The translations under genes and the position numbers were made by a program. Positions 26,645-37,266 of a DNA stretch of 64,000 nt are shown here, one piece after another. The DNA comes from Candidatus Kaiserbacteria bacterium (lineage in GTDB: Bacteria; Patescibacteriota; Minisyncoccia; Phycocordibacterales; UBA2100). The stretch spans positions 7,283 through 71,282 of the forward strand of contig JACPLC010000006.1 of assembly GCA_016186695.1 (NCBI GenBank), given 5' to 3'. Position 1 is the stretch's first letter. Each line of letters starts with the position of its first letter. The notes below the pieces were generated by a model, which made no database searches, was not told the DNA's origin, and was given only the letters and a program-made list of their open reading frames with translations.

Positions 26645-29458
26645 TCATTTCTCTAGCGCCTTAAGAGCGGCTATTAGATGAGCGGTTTTATTTTTGTCCG
26701 GCGGCTGATAACTCGGCCACCGCTCTTTTGCAAGTCCACCTCGCCGATCCATTTCAACCGTCATTTGTACGCTAAAACTCCCCCAATTCACATTTCCGTT
26801 ACGAAGCAGGTCTCTGTTGATGGACGGAATGACGACATCGTTCACGAGCATCGTCCCTACCCCGCGGGTAGCCATGACCTGTGCCTCAGGAGCTTTTGCA
26901 AGAACGTCGGAAATGTTTTTTGCTCCGCCGCATGAACCAAGGTTAACCATCACCACGTCGGGTGTCAGTACTCCGATCATTTTCCCGGCGTGAAAGCTAT
27001 GACCCCGCAGTGTCGCCATCGGAGCTTGTTTCTCCTTCAAAAGCTGTCCCCCAACTTTTGCGACGGTCTCATCTGTCCGATCGGGTTTGATCGCGTACAT
27101 GACGACCTCTCGTTTTGTTCGACTGTCGGCCTGTCGTATGACGACATAATCGCCCTCATCCTTCACGTCGTATCCTTGGTTGACTGTAATACGCTGAATC
27201 GTGCCATCCTTATCCCAGGTGACTGAACCCCCGAGACTCGTAATGAAGTTTCTAAAGGAAGCGTGACCGTCCCATGTAGATTCCGGCTTGCCCGGTGCCC
27301 GATCATCGTAAAAAAAGTGTACCTGTACGTTGCGCTTAATCTCTCCTTCTTTCCTGAAAACTTTATCCTCTGAAAGTTCCCTTATTTCCGGAAAAAATTT
27401 CCGATATTCTTGTACTGAAGGGAGCGCCCACTCCGGTACATTCTGTTTGCCTTGAAAATAATCCGCGATGAGAAGCCCCGCAACTTTCGGACTTTTGTCT
27501 TTCTGGCTCAATTGTTGCTTACCTTGTATCGTGCGCAACTCTCCGAACACGAAAGCGCGTATCGGCTCGGCCTTTGTTGTGTTCAATAGATCGCTTAATG
27601 TTAACGCCTGCGTATTTGAGATCCCTGAAGACGCGTTAAAGAGGAATTCGCGGAGCATACTTTGCTGCTCATCAGCAGAGCCGACATCCGATAGAAATGC
27701 GTCCAGGATGCCGTTCTGAGAGAGGAGCTCGAGAAACGTTCCAAACGTCTTATGATCTGGTCTTAAGGTTTGAAAAAAAGTCGATAGAGTACCGTGCTCA
27801 GTCCGAACTTTCACAAGAAAAGAGTTCTGCGCCTCCCTTCCGGTAAAGCCGTTCCCGTTGTAGAGAAATCGGAACGTCGACAGATATGCATCTGCACCAG
27901 CCCTCCGCATGACTTCAAAGATGGTTCGTGCATTGAAAGGCCTAATGACTTCAAGTCGTCGGACTGCAGATTCATCATGCAATTCATTCATACGTAAAAC
28001 TGGCGACAGATATGCGATGCCCTCTTCTCGCTCTAAAATCTTGGCGACCAACGGGTCAATAGAGGGGTCTTGTGTGACCCCAAGATAATTTTCTAGAGAG
28101 CGAGTTATTTCGAACCTGTCTTTGCCCGTTTCCTGTTTGATAAATGCTCTCTCCGCATCAAATCGATTTCCAAAGGGGTCACGCGCCTTGTTTGTTTGAA
28201 GTATGGTATTTAATATCGCCAGAAACGACTCGCTCTTTAGATGATGCAAATCCAATGCTTGGATACTTTTCTGAGCAACGTCGTCGTTCGGATATCGCAT
28301 GTAGAAATTCCGGACGGCTGTCCATGCCTCCGGATCATCACCAATCTTTTTTATGAAGTAAAGGAGCATTCCATCATAGAGCTTATTAGGAGGGATTGTC
28401 TTTGTAATGACTTCCAGCCCATCGAGCTTTAGGGGCGTTACCAAGTTCTCGGGAGAGGAGTCGACGGCACCGGCTTGTCGAAGCAATTGGGCATTTTTAA
28501 GAAAATTCGGACTCATAACTGTTTCGAGTGGCATATCACGGAACGTTCGATGGTCTGGCCTATATCCGAGGCGTGACAAGCCCAGATACGCTTCAATAAA
28601 TGAAGGATCGCCCAGCTTTCTCAGCATGTCCTGTCGAGCAGATTCGTCTGATTGATCGGGAACAACCTGATAGAGCTGCAGACCCCCTTCGACTAGTTTC
28701 GAGAGGCCCGATCGTATCTTTTCATTTGATACATCCTCGGCAGTAAGTACGCCTCCGCGCACGGATCCCATGAGAAGACGGGGGTGGATCTTGCCATGCG
28801 ACGATGCAATGATCGACGTGAAGTCGCTAACAAAAGATGGCGACTTGTTTTTGAAATCGAGTATTTCGTGTATCTCACCAATCCCAAGCCGAATATGGTT
28901 CTCGGCCAGTATTCGTGCCGTATCCGACAGTTCCGGTCTTGCATAGGAATATCCGGGGTCATCTTTGAGGTCCGGCGACAGCAGCAGTACATTGTCTCTC
29001 AACTCTTTTGGTATTCGCGTCAACAGCCCATCTATTTTTTGACCGTCTTTGATAATCTCAGGACTAGTGCTCACAATAAAATTCCGTATATCCCCGCCAT
29101 ACTGTTCGATTTTCTCGAGACCTCGCAAGTACTCTTTACTAGATAGGGAATTCTCCGCGTCAGCAATACTTTTGTCGATCTGGCGCAGAAACTCCCTATC
29201 GCCGAACAATCTACGATGCACTTGGGATTCTTCCTTTTCCCTTTGAATAACTTGTCGCGCGGCGTTCAATGTGCGATGTAGATCCTTATCCTGTCCCTCA
29301 GTATCGATGGATCGAACTGTTGTATGATTTTCCTGTGTTGCTTGCGCATTCGCAGGAGCGGGACTCGCAAACGCGAGGGTCGCAGCGGCAAGTGCTGTTT
29401 TGAGCGTTAGCCTGTTTTGTTTTCGCTTGCTAAGCCCGCCTTCGGGATTGGACGACAT
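26645..29458 (-). CDS. very large secreted protein of unknown function (937 aa) with possible C-terminal Cys/His hydrolase-like motif
   Basis: Signal peptide LKTALAAATLAFASPAPANA. Long helical body. C-terminal region RGHSFHAG...VNLGSCGGAKN. No recognisable family. Confidence 0.5.
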   Translation of the reverse strand: MSSNPEGGLSKRKQNRLTLKTALAAATLAFASPAPANAQATQENHTTVRSIDTEGQDKDLHRTLNAARQVIQREKEESQVHRRLFGDREFLRQIDKSIADAENSLSSKEYLRGLEKIEQYGGDIRNFIVSTSPEIIKDGQKIDGLLTRIPKELRDNVLLLSPDLKDDPGYSYARPELSDTARILAENHIRLGIGEIHEILDFKNKSPSFVSDFTSIIASSHGKIHPRLLMGSVRGGVLTAEDVSNEKIRSGLSKLVEGGLQLYQVVPDQSDESARQDMLRKLGDPSFIEAYLGLSRLGYRPDHRTFRDMPLETVMSPNFLKNAQLLRQAGAVDSSPENLVTPLKLDGLEVITKTIPPNKLYDGMLLYFIKKIGDDPEAWTAVRNFYMRYPNDDVAQKSIQALDLHHLKSESFLAILNTILQTNKARDPFGNRFDAERAFIKQETGKDRFEITRSLENYLGVTQDPSIDPLVAKILEREEGIAYLSPVLRMNELHDESAVRRLEVIRPFNARTIFEVMRRAGADAYLSTFRFLYNGNGFTGREAQNSFLVKVRTEHGTLSTFFQTLRPDHKTFGTFLELLSQNGILDAFLSDVGSADEQQSMLREFLFNASSGISNTQALTLSDLLNTTKAEPIRAFVFGELRTIQGKQQLSQKDKSPKVAGLLIADYFQGKQNVPEWALPSVQEYRKFFPEIRELSEDKVFRKEGEIKRNVQVHFFYDDRAPGKPESTWDGHASFRNFITSLGGSVTWDKDGTIQRITVNQGYDVKDEGDYVVIRQADSRTKREVVMYAIKPDRTDETVAKVGGQLLKEKQAPMATLRGHSFHAGKMIGVLTPDVVMVNLGSCGGAKNISDVLAKAPEAQVMATRGVGTMLVNDVVIPSINRDLLRNGNVNWGSFSVQMTVEMDRRGGLAKERWPSYQPPDKNKTAHLIAALKALEK

Positions 29459-29482
29459 GAAGAAATTTTAGCACCCTATTTT

Positions 29483-30355
29483 TCATGCTTGATAGAGAAG
29501 TCCGATAGCTAAGAACGACGCCGCGACGGCAGCCAATTTTCTCATGTTGATATGGTCACGGTACCACCACACCGAGAGGACGATGGGGATGAGGATGTAG
29601 TGCGCTTGGATCACATACACGAGGCTCACGAGTCCCGTGCTCAATGCTACAAAAAGCGAGAACGCAGATGTGAAGCCGAAAAGCCCGGACAAGGCACCCA
29701 AAAGGATGTCCCTTCGATCTGCGTGCGCGATCATCGCAAGCCCCGCGCCATGCTGGCGAAGGAGAATGCCGGCCGAGGCGACCGTGCCGGCGATCTGCGA
29801 CATGCAAAGCATAAGGATCACTTCTCCGTAGAGCAATCCCTGCTTGCTCAGCAAGAGTGAGATCGCGGTCAGTGTCGTGGAGGCAAAAAGGAGTTTTAGA
29901 CCGAGAGAGAGATCCTTTTGACGACTATGTTCTGCCGACGAAAGGAGAAGGAGCGGCACGGTAAGAGAAAGAGCAACGCCAACATACTGGGTGATCGAGA
30001 GTGCGTCGCCAAATACGAAAATGCCCCCAATGACGACGAGCAGAGGTCCAAGCATTTTGTTGAGCGGAAAAAAGATCACGCTGTCGATGTACTTGAGCGA
30101 CTCGATCCGGATAAAGTTCCCAAGCCCATGAACGCCGCCGGCTGCGAGGCCAAATGCCGCGATCAACGGCCAATCGGAAGAAAGCTCTCGTATGGAGAAC
30201 AAGATAAAAATAGCGACGACGCCCGAGCTTCCATACATGAGAAGCCCATTGAACGCCGAGCTCCTCCCTTCTTCGGCTACGACTTTCTGGACGAAGAGGG
30301 CGAGCCCGGCAAAGAATGTAGACGCAAGCGTCCACAACAGGGTCGCTTGATCCAT
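29483..30355 (-). CDS. EamA/DMT-family transporter
   Basis: 10 predicted TM segments with a two-fold internal repeat, as in DMT transporters. Confidence 0.65.
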   Translation of the reverse strand: MDQATLLWTLASTFFAGLALFVQKVVAEEGRSSAFNGLLMYGSSGVVAIFILFSIRELSSDWPLIAAFGLAAGGVHGLGNFIRIESLKYIDSVIFFPLNKMLGPLLVVIGGIFVFGDALSITQYVGVALSLTVPLLLLSSAEHSRQKDLSLGLKLLFASTTLTAISLLLSKQGLLYGEVILMLCMSQIAGTVASAGILLRQHGAGLAMIAHADRRDILLGALSGLFGFTSAFSLFVALSTGLVSLVYVIQAHYILIPIVLSVWWYRDHINMRKLAAVAASFLAIGLLYQA

Positions 30356-30356
30356 A

Positions 30357-31805
30357 CTATTCCTTGCGCGGGAAAAGATTCTCGGGTTTTTTGTTTATCA
30401 TAATTGCCTCGATGATCTTTTTACTTGTTTCAGGAATGATGGGTTCGAGCATGAGGTCAATAAACGCGAGCTCGTGGACCAGTTCCGTGATGAGCGCTTT
30501 CCCTTTCTCCGGATCTGTTTTCACCACTTTGAAAGGCTCCGTGTGATTTATTTTCTGATCGAAAGCTTGTATACGGGTCGCAACATATTCAACGGCTGCG
30601 TTGATCTCGTATCTCGCGATGGCACTGGTAAATTCTTCGGGAAGCGGTCGGAACTCCACTTTCACTGGCCGGGACAGGTTTGTTTGTGCCAATTGCATCA
30701 CGCGCGCCGCCAAATTGCCAAGGCCATTCGCGAGGTCGGCATTGTACGCATCTTTGAAGCGCGTAAGGGTAAAATCGGAATCCTCGAAGGGGTGGATGTG
30801 CCGCGCGAGGAAGTAGCGAAGCGCGTCGGTGCCATACTCGTCAACGATAGCGACGGGGTCGATGACATTGCCGAGCGATTTGCTCATTTTCTGCCCGCCG
30901 CTCGTGACGAATCCGTGATAGACGATCTGCTTCGTAGTCGGAAGTCCGGCCGACATGAGCATTGCCTGCCACATGATCGACTGGAATCGCACTTGGTCCT
31001 TTCCAGCCAGCTGGAGTGTCTCTCCGTTCACCCAGAACTTCTCAAACAAATTCTCCTCGGGTTTACCCTGAGCGGAGTCGAAGGGCCATCCCAGTGTTGA
31101 AATATAGTTCGTGAGCGCATCGAACCACACATAGAGCACCTGCGTCTCGTCGTCCGGCACCGGCACCCCCCACGGCATTTTTTCTTTTAAGCGCGACACA
31201 CTGAAATCCTCAAGTCCGTTTTCCACAAACTTGATGGCTTCTTGCCTCCGCCACTCCGGCACAATGACACCCTCCTGGTTCAGGTATTCGAGTAGTTTCT
31301 TCTCGTACTTTTTCAGCTTGAAAAAATAGTTTTCCTCCTCGATCTCGACGATATCCATGGTCGGATGGCTCGGGCACTTTCCGTCGACAAGCTCACTCTC
31401 TTTTATGAATGCCTCGTCGCCCACGCAGTAGAGGCCTTTGTATTTCCGCAACTCTATATCGCCGCGGCATCTCCGCCACAACTCCTGTGCCGCTTTTTTG
31501 TGATGAGAGTCGGTCGTGCGAATGAAATGCAGAAGCTTCTCGTCGAGGCCAAGCTTCTTGGTGAGGACTCGATACTTTTCCGCATATTCGTTGGCGTACG
31601 CTTGCACGTCTTTACCCTCCTCCTGTGCCTTTCGATAGATCTTCAAGCCGTGCTCGTCGGTGCCGGTGTTGAAAAATACATCGTCACCGAGGAGTTTGCG
31701 GTAGCGGGCGATGATGTCGGCCGTCACGAGCTCGAAGGCAAAGCCGATATGCGGATCGGCGTTTACGTACGGCAGTGTCGTCGTGAGATAAAATGCTTTG
31801 CTCAT
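30357..31805 (-). CDS. metG: methionyl-tRNA synthetase (short form lacking C-terminal tRNA-binding domain)
   Basis: HIGH-type motif PYVNADPHIGFAFE. KMSKS. 482 aa. Confidence 0.9.
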   Translation of the reverse strand: MSKAFYLTTTLPYVNADPHIGFAFELVTADIIARYRKLLGDDVFFNTGTDEHGLKIYRKAQEEGKDVQAYANEYAEKYRVLTKKLGLDEKLLHFIRTTDSHHKKAAQELWRRCRGDIELRKYKGLYCVGDEAFIKESELVDGKCPSHPTMDIVEIEEENYFFKLKKYEKKLLEYLNQEGVIVPEWRRQEAIKFVENGLEDFSVSRLKEKMPWGVPVPDDETQVLYVWFDALTNYISTLGWPFDSAQGKPEENLFEKFWVNGETLQLAGKDQVRFQSIMWQAMLMSAGLPTTKQIVYHGFVTSGGQKMSKSLGNVIDPVAIVDEYGTDALRYFLARHIHPFEDSDFTLTRFKDAYNADLANGLGNLAARVMQLAQTNLSRPVKVEFRPLPEEFTSAIARYEINAAVEYVATRIQAFDQKINHTEPFKVVKTDPEKGKALITELVHELAFIDLMLEPIIPETSKKIIEAIMINKKPENLFPRKE

Positions 31806-32865
31806 TCGCTTTCTGCAAACACGCGGCGCTCACGGATATCTTTCACAAACTCCTGCACCGTCGCCGCAATCGGCACCGAAAGGAGAATTCCCAAAAATCC
31901 GGCTAGCTGGGCGCCGATGATGAGCGCAAGAATGACGAGGAGCGGCGGCACGCCGACGACACGCGTCACGACCAGCGGATAGATGAGATGGTTCTCGAAC
32001 TGCTGGAGAAGAACGTACACACCGATGACAAGAAGGCCGGTGATCGCCCCGCCGTCGACAAAGCCGATCAAAACGGCCGGAAGCGAGGCGAGGGTGGGGC
32101 CAAATACGGGAATGAGCTCAAACACTGCCGCAACGACCGCAAGGAGGAGCGCGTGTTTGATGCCGAGAATGGTGAGAATGAGGTAGACCAAAACGCCGAT
32201 GATAAAGCCGAGGAGAAGCTGTCCCTGCATCCACAAGCCTATCTTGTGGCGCGATCGCCGCCAGAGATCGAGCATGTATGCCTTGTATTTGCGCGGTGAG
32301 ACGACCTCGAGAAAATCATCGACACCCGTTTCGATGACCGCAAAGTAAAAAGAGAATACGATGATGAGGACGAATGAGAGCACGCCGCCGAATACGCTCG
32401 CGATAGCGGTAAGCGCGTTCCCGAATGCGCCGGCCGCCTCCAAACTTCCGCGCAAGCTCGCCAAAAGATCGATCTGACTGAAATCCGGCGGTGTCGTGCC
32501 GAGAATCTGCGCGTATTCATCGAACGCGCTGATTTTGTCGAGCGCTTCCATATACACGGGCAATGAAGCGATGAACGCTGTCAGTTCCGAAAGTACCGCG
32601 GGAACAAAGAAATAGAAGATGCCGAATAGTGCGATAAAGATGAGCACGTAGACCATTAAGACCGAGAGAATCCGCGGTACGCGCTGGCGGCGCAGAAATA
32701 CCACTGCCGGCTCGATCGCGGAAGCAATCACGACGGCTGTCGTGAGAACAAGAATGAGGTCGCGCAGCTCCCAGATGAGCCACGCGGCGGCAAGTACGAC
32801 GACGGCCGTTACGATAGTACCGGTCGTGATGGAAATCGTGACAGGACGCCCCTCCATATCGCGCA
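31802..32865 (-). CDS. AI-2E family (PerM/UPF0118) transporter
   Basis: 8 TM segments. C-terminal consensus LLLGFIIGVLVYLILTILGIKHALLLAVVAAVFELIPVFGPTLASLPAVLIGF. Start placed at MRDMEG, because the 5' extension of the ORF is Arg/Ser-rich and non-protein-like. Confidence 0.75.
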
Positions 32866-32939
32866 TCGTAGCATAGCAAAGCCTAAAAAGAAGATGCCGG
32901 CGCGAGACGTTCGCGCCGGCCCGCAGATGGGTGCGTGTT

Positions 32940-33218
32940 CTATTCATTCCCCCAGATGATGTAGACAGAGGGTTCTTCGCAGGAAATCTTGAGGCGCTCG
33001 CCCTTCTTGAACATGCGCCCGTTTCCATGGGACGAATATCGAACGCCATCCACCTGCACATTGCCGAACAGGGGGTGACAAATCCCGTCTGTTGTTGCCG
33101 GACCGAACTCGTACTCACCCTTTTCGACCACGTGAAGGGTCACCGGCTCATCTTTCCAGGATTGAAGACCCGTGAACCTGTGTCGATTTCCGCCGTCAAA
33201 CTCTTTGTGATTGAGCAT
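32940..33218 (-). CDS. small hypothetical protein (92 aa)
   Basis: Protein-like ORF (MLNHKEFDGGNRHRFTGLQSWKDEPVTLHVVEKGEYEF...) with no family assigned. Confidence 0.4.
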   Translation of the reverse strand: MLNHKEFDGGNRHRFTGLQSWKDEPVTLHVVEKGEYEFGPATTDGICHPLFGNVQVDGVRYSSHGNGRMFKKGERLKISCEEPSVYIIWGNE

Positions 33219-33316
33219 CGGCTAATCCTCTTGTTACCCACAGAACAGCTTGCAGCAAACAAGCAACAAACCACTCGCTACAAGCTTATCTTGGAAGCGA
33301 GAAGTTATGGCAACGA

Positions 33317-34666
33317 CTATGCAACATGTGATGCTAACTCGTCAATAGAGATTCTTTTTTGCTCTCCCGTGTCGCGGTTGCGGAGAGTCACCGTGTCGTC
33401 TTCGAGCGTCTGGAAATCGATGGTGATGCAGTGCGGCGTGCCTATCTCGTCCTGCCTGCGGTAGCGCTTCCCTATGTTGCCGTTGTCGTCCCACATCGTC
33501 TGCGGGACAGCTTTTTTGATGAGCGCATAAACTTCGCGTGCTTTTTCGACGAGCTGCGGTTTGTTTTTGAGAAGCGGGAATACCGCGGCTTTTACGGGCG
33601 CAACCGCTGGATTGAATTTGAGATACGTGCGCGGCTCACCGCCGAGTTGGTCTTCTGTGTACGCGGAAATGAGAAGCGCGAGGATCGTGCGATCCACACC
33701 GAAGGATGGTTCGACGACATGCGGCGTGAGCGGTTCTTTTCCTTCCTCGTCGGTCATCGTGAGCCCTGCGCCCGAAGCCTTCGCATGTGCCGAGAGATCG
33801 AAGTCCGTGCGGTACGCAAGGCCATAGAGTTCCTTGCGGCCGAACGGCCAGTCGAATTCAAAGTCGATCGTTCGCTTGCTGTAGTGCGCACGCTCACCAT
33901 CGGGCACTTCGAGCTCATGCACAAGATCTTTTGATATGCCAACGGCATCGATATACCGATACACTTCCTTACGCCATGCTTCGAACGCACCCTTCCATTC
34001 GTCAGGGTAAACAAAATACTCAACTTCCATCTGCTCGAGCTCACGCACGCGAAAAATGAAATCACGCGGCGCGATCTCGTTGCGAAATGCCTTCCCGATC
34101 TGCGCGATGCCAAAAGGGAGTTTCGGGTGGAACGAATCAACGACATTCTTGAAATTAACGAAAATTCCGCCGGCGGTCTCGGGACGCAAGTACGTGGTCG
34201 CCGAGGCATCATCCCCGCCCGACTGAACGTTGTCAGTCGTTCGGGCGGGCGTAGCACCAATCTGCGTTTTGAACATCATGTTGAACTGGCGCACGTCGCC
34301 AAACGCCCCTCCGCACTCCGGACACTTCCTTGCCTCGAGCGGCGTCGAGAGGTCGCCCACTTGATCGGCGCGATACCTGCGCTTGCATTTCTTGCACTCG
34401 ACGAGCGGGTCCGCAAATCCTGTCACGTGCCCGCTCGCTTCCCACACTTTCGGATTCATCAAAATTGCGGCATCAACGCCATACATGTCCTCGCGCTCCT
34501 GCACGAACATCTTCCACCAGAGAGCCTTGATGTTGTTCTTCAATTCCACCCCAAGCGGGCCATAGTCCCACGTGCCCGAGAGCCCGCCGTATATTTCGCT
34601 GCCGGGATAGATAAAGCCGCGCCGTTTGCACAAAGACACGAGTTTCTCCATCGTTACATCGGCCAT
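33317..34666 (-). CDS. glyQS: glycyl-tRNA synthetase (class II, dimeric GlyQS type)
   Basis: N-terminal FIYPGSEIYGGLSGTWDYGPLGVELKNNI. Zn-knuckle insertion CKKCKRR...CPECG. Class II motifs. Confidence 0.9.
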   Translation of the reverse strand: MADVTMEKLVSLCKRRGFIYPGSEIYGGLSGTWDYGPLGVELKNNIKALWWKMFVQEREDMYGVDAAILMNPKVWEASGHVTGFADPLVECKKCKRRYRADQVGDLSTPLEARKCPECGGAFGDVRQFNMMFKTQIGATPARTTDNVQSGGDDASATTYLRPETAGGIFVNFKNVVDSFHPKLPFGIAQIGKAFRNEIAPRDFIFRVRELEQMEVEYFVYPDEWKGAFEAWRKEVYRYIDAVGISKDLVHELEVPDGERAHYSKRTIDFEFDWPFGRKELYGLAYRTDFDLSAHAKASGAGLTMTDEEGKEPLTPHVVEPSFGVDRTILALLISAYTEDQLGGEPRTYLKFNPAVAPVKAAVFPLLKNKPQLVEKAREVYALIKKAVPQTMWDDNGNIGKRYRRQDEIGTPHCITIDFQTLEDDTVTLRNRDTGEQKRISIDELASHVA

Positions 34667-34672
34667 ATCGCG

Positions 34673-36655
34673 CTACCGTACCACAGTTCCCTGTGTGGAA
34701 GAAAAGCCCGGATCTGGTGCAGCCGGAATGCCTTCTTCGGATCTTGAAACGCGTATCAGATCCGACGTCACATCATCCAGCCGCTTGGTGATAGATTGTC
34801 CTGTCGCGCTATCGAGCCCCGTGAGCACAATGTCCTGCAGGAGCGAGGGCTCTTGGCCTATCTGGCTCGTCGAAGGCGTGAACCCGATCGCGACGGCTGC
34901 CTGCCGCGGCGATGTGCCGTCGACGCCGAGCTCCTCATCGATCGTGCCGATGTCCCACGTCACCGTACTTGCACTTTGGTTGAACGTCACCGCTTCCGAA
35001 GCGGGGCTGTAGATGCCGACCCAGCGCACATACGGCGGCAGGGTCGCGGTGAGCTTCGCTTCGTCTATTTTGTTCGTCGTGTTGGTAATCGTAAAGACGA
35101 TCGCATACGTCGTCTCGGTATTCGCTTTCGGGGGCAGTGGCCCGACGCTTCCAAATGGGTTTGCGTAGTAGAGTCCCTGCGCCGTCACCACGAGTGCGCT
35201 CGAGACGGCGACACGCTGTGAGCTTGCCGCCTGCAGGTTTTCAGGGACGCCGTCTTCCGAGATTCGTTTGCCAGCCGCGTTCACGGTGATCGTGAGCGAA
35301 GGGTTGCGGACATTTTTCAGCGCGTCTGCCGGCGGGACCTGGAATGAGAAAGAAACCGAACCCCTCGTGCCCGCAGGAAGCGTGCCAAGTGTCCCCTTGG
35401 TTGTTGTCTTGTCCCAGAGCACAACGCCGTCGCTCGAGCGATAGAATCCGTCGGGGCTAAGCACCGTCGCGCCGTCAACCGTGAGCCCCGTGAGCCGCGC
35501 AACGATGACAGCGTCCTGAATCGCGGTCGAGAGGTTGTTCTGCCAGTTGATGACGACGTTCACCTGCCCGCCCGGCGAGACGACCACATTCCCACTTGAT
35601 TTGTTGACCGCAATGCCAAGCCCGAGAAATGTTTCCGTCACTTCCATCTTGAACGTGTTTTCCGCAAGCATCGTCGTGATTGCCTCATCCTTTACATCTT
35701 TGCGCGTGCCGGTATTGAAGCGGAACACACGCTCATCGCCGCTCTCGCCCACGAGTGTGCCGCGAAGTACTACCTCTTTTTTCTCTCCCGGCCTGATGTC
35801 GCCAATCTCCCATGTGCTCCCGCGGGCAGGCTTGGGATTCCCCGAAGCGAATGTGAAGCCGAATGGGTAGCTTGCCGTGAGCAAGACGTCTTTTACCGTC
35901 GTGTTCGCGTTCGAAGCAATTGTGACGGTAAATTCGACAGGCTGACCCGAAACCGTTTCCCGATTGCCGGAAACAGTGAGCGTGAGCGGAGAGGAGCTGA
36001 GCTGTGCCTGATAGTTGGAGGTCGCAACAAAAATTGCACTCGATCCGGATATCCGATACTCGAGATCTACTTTCACGCCCGCCGCGCCACCGCTTCCTGC
36101 AAATATCGCAGTTACCGTTCCCTGCCTCCGGCCTCCCGCCTCAATCGTGCCGAGAGAAATCCGCTGGCTCGAGAGATCCGTCGAAAGGTCTGTCGGCGAG
36201 CGCGTGCCGGGCGGATAGGTGATGACGAGATCGGCAAGTTGCAACGGTACCTGATTGCGGTTGGTGACAACGATCTGCAGCTGTGTCGGATCGCCGCCGG
36301 CAATCTGCGGAGGACCTGATACGACAATATCGATGTTCCCCGGTGAGGCGGGTGATGCGCCGCCGCCAAACGTAAAGTAGTATGCAAAATACAGCATTGC
36401 GGCAACAAAAAAGAGCGCCGCAACACCCAAGACCCACCAGAGTGCTTTGCGCGCGACGCCGATAGTACGCGGCGCAACCATGGTGGAGGGAAGCACCGGC
36501 TCTTCACGCTTCCAGTCGTCGCCGACAATAGGCCGGATCTCCTCCATCTGCCGGCGCGGACGATCCTTGAGCTTCTCGCTCAAGTCGCGCGAGTACATCG
36601 CGCGTCGCAAGCGCTCTATTTTCTCCTCATCGTGCGAGGATTCCGCTGGTTCCAT
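34673..36655 (-). CDS. single-pass membrane protein with large extracytoplasmic DUF11/CARDB-like repeat domain
   Basis: Cytoplasmic N-terminus, TM (ALWWVLGVAALFFVAAMLYFAYYF), then beta-rich repeats (TLTVSGNRETVSGQPVEFTVTIASNANTTVKDVLLTASYPFG...). Confidence 0.55.
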   Translation of the reverse strand: MEPAESSHDEEKIERLRRAMYSRDLSEKLKDRPRRQMEEIRPIVGDDWKREEPVLPSTMVAPRTIGVARKALWWVLGVAALFFVAAMLYFAYYFTFGGGASPASPGNIDIVVSGPPQIAGGDPTQLQIVVTNRNQVPLQLADLVITYPPGTRSPTDLSTDLSSQRISLGTIEAGGRRQGTVTAIFAGSGGAAGVKVDLEYRISGSSAIFVATSNYQAQLSSSPLTLTVSGNRETVSGQPVEFTVTIASNANTTVKDVLLTASYPFGFTFASGNPKPARGSTWEIGDIRPGEKKEVVLRGTLVGESGDERVFRFNTGTRKDVKDEAITTMLAENTFKMEVTETFLGLGIAVNKSSGNVVVSPGGQVNVVINWQNNLSTAIQDAVIVARLTGLTVDGATVLSPDGFYRSSDGVVLWDKTTTKGTLGTLPAGTRGSVSFSFQVPPADALKNVRNPSLTITVNAAGKRISEDGVPENLQAASSQRVAVSSALVVTAQGLYYANPFGSVGPLPPKANTETTYAIVFTITNTTNKIDEAKLTATLPPYVRWVGIYSPASEAVTFNQSASTVTWDIGTIDEELGVDGTSPRQAAVAIGFTPSTSQIGQEPSLLQDIVLTGLDSATGQSITKRLDDVTSDLIRVSRSEEGIPAAPDPGFSSTQGTVVR

Positions 36656-36672
36656 CCCCGCAATAATACCAT

Positions 36673-37242
36673 TTACAGGTGCGACTCAGTGATGGCTCGG
36701 TTGATTGATGAAAGGAGTTTTTCGCGCAGTGCCGCCGCCTCGACAAGATCCCGCTCCGCGTATGCGGCATGGGCGAAGAGCGTCGTTTGCAGGGCTTCGG
36801 ACGAGAGGTAGCCGAGGGCAAAAAGAATGCGCGCGACACAGACGATTTCTATCGTCGGGAACGTCTCTTGTGAACTTTTTGAAAGTGCACTTCGCGCTTC
36901 AGAGAGTGCCGCAAACAAATAATCGTTTTGCTCCTCGCCCGCGACGAGACGGAGCACGAGCCGTGCCGTTCGTGCAAATGTGACAGCGCCTTCCAGAGAC
37001 ATCCGGTCACCAAGCATTGTGGCTCCGCCGAGCCTCCAGCCACGCTTCCCGCGCACCAGTGCAACCTGCGCATGCGAGTAATGCTGGAGTGCGTAGCGCA
37101 TACGGGAACTTTCTTTGCGCACGGCAGACGCGCGAGCCCGCACAAGCCCGAAATCTTTTGTATAGAGCGCAAAAACGCGATCACTCTCTCCCTGCTCGCG
37201 ACTGCCGAGCACCAACGCTTCCGTTTGATACTTCTGGTACAT
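36673..37242 (-). CDS. recO: DNA repair protein RecO (short)
   Basis: N-terminal OB-fold signature TEALVLGSREQGESDRVFALYTKDFGLVRARA. Confidence 0.7.
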   Translation of the reverse strand: MYQKYQTEALVLGSREQGESDRVFALYTKDFGLVRARASAVRKESSRMRYALQHYSHAQVALVRGKRGWRLGGATMLGDRMSLEGAVTFARTARLVLRLVAGEEQNDYLFAALSEARSALSKSSQETFPTIEIVCVARILFALGYLSSEALQTTLFAHAAYAERDLVEAAALREKLLSSINRAITESHL

Positions 37243-37266
37243 AGAAATAAGGCAAAAGGTAAAATG

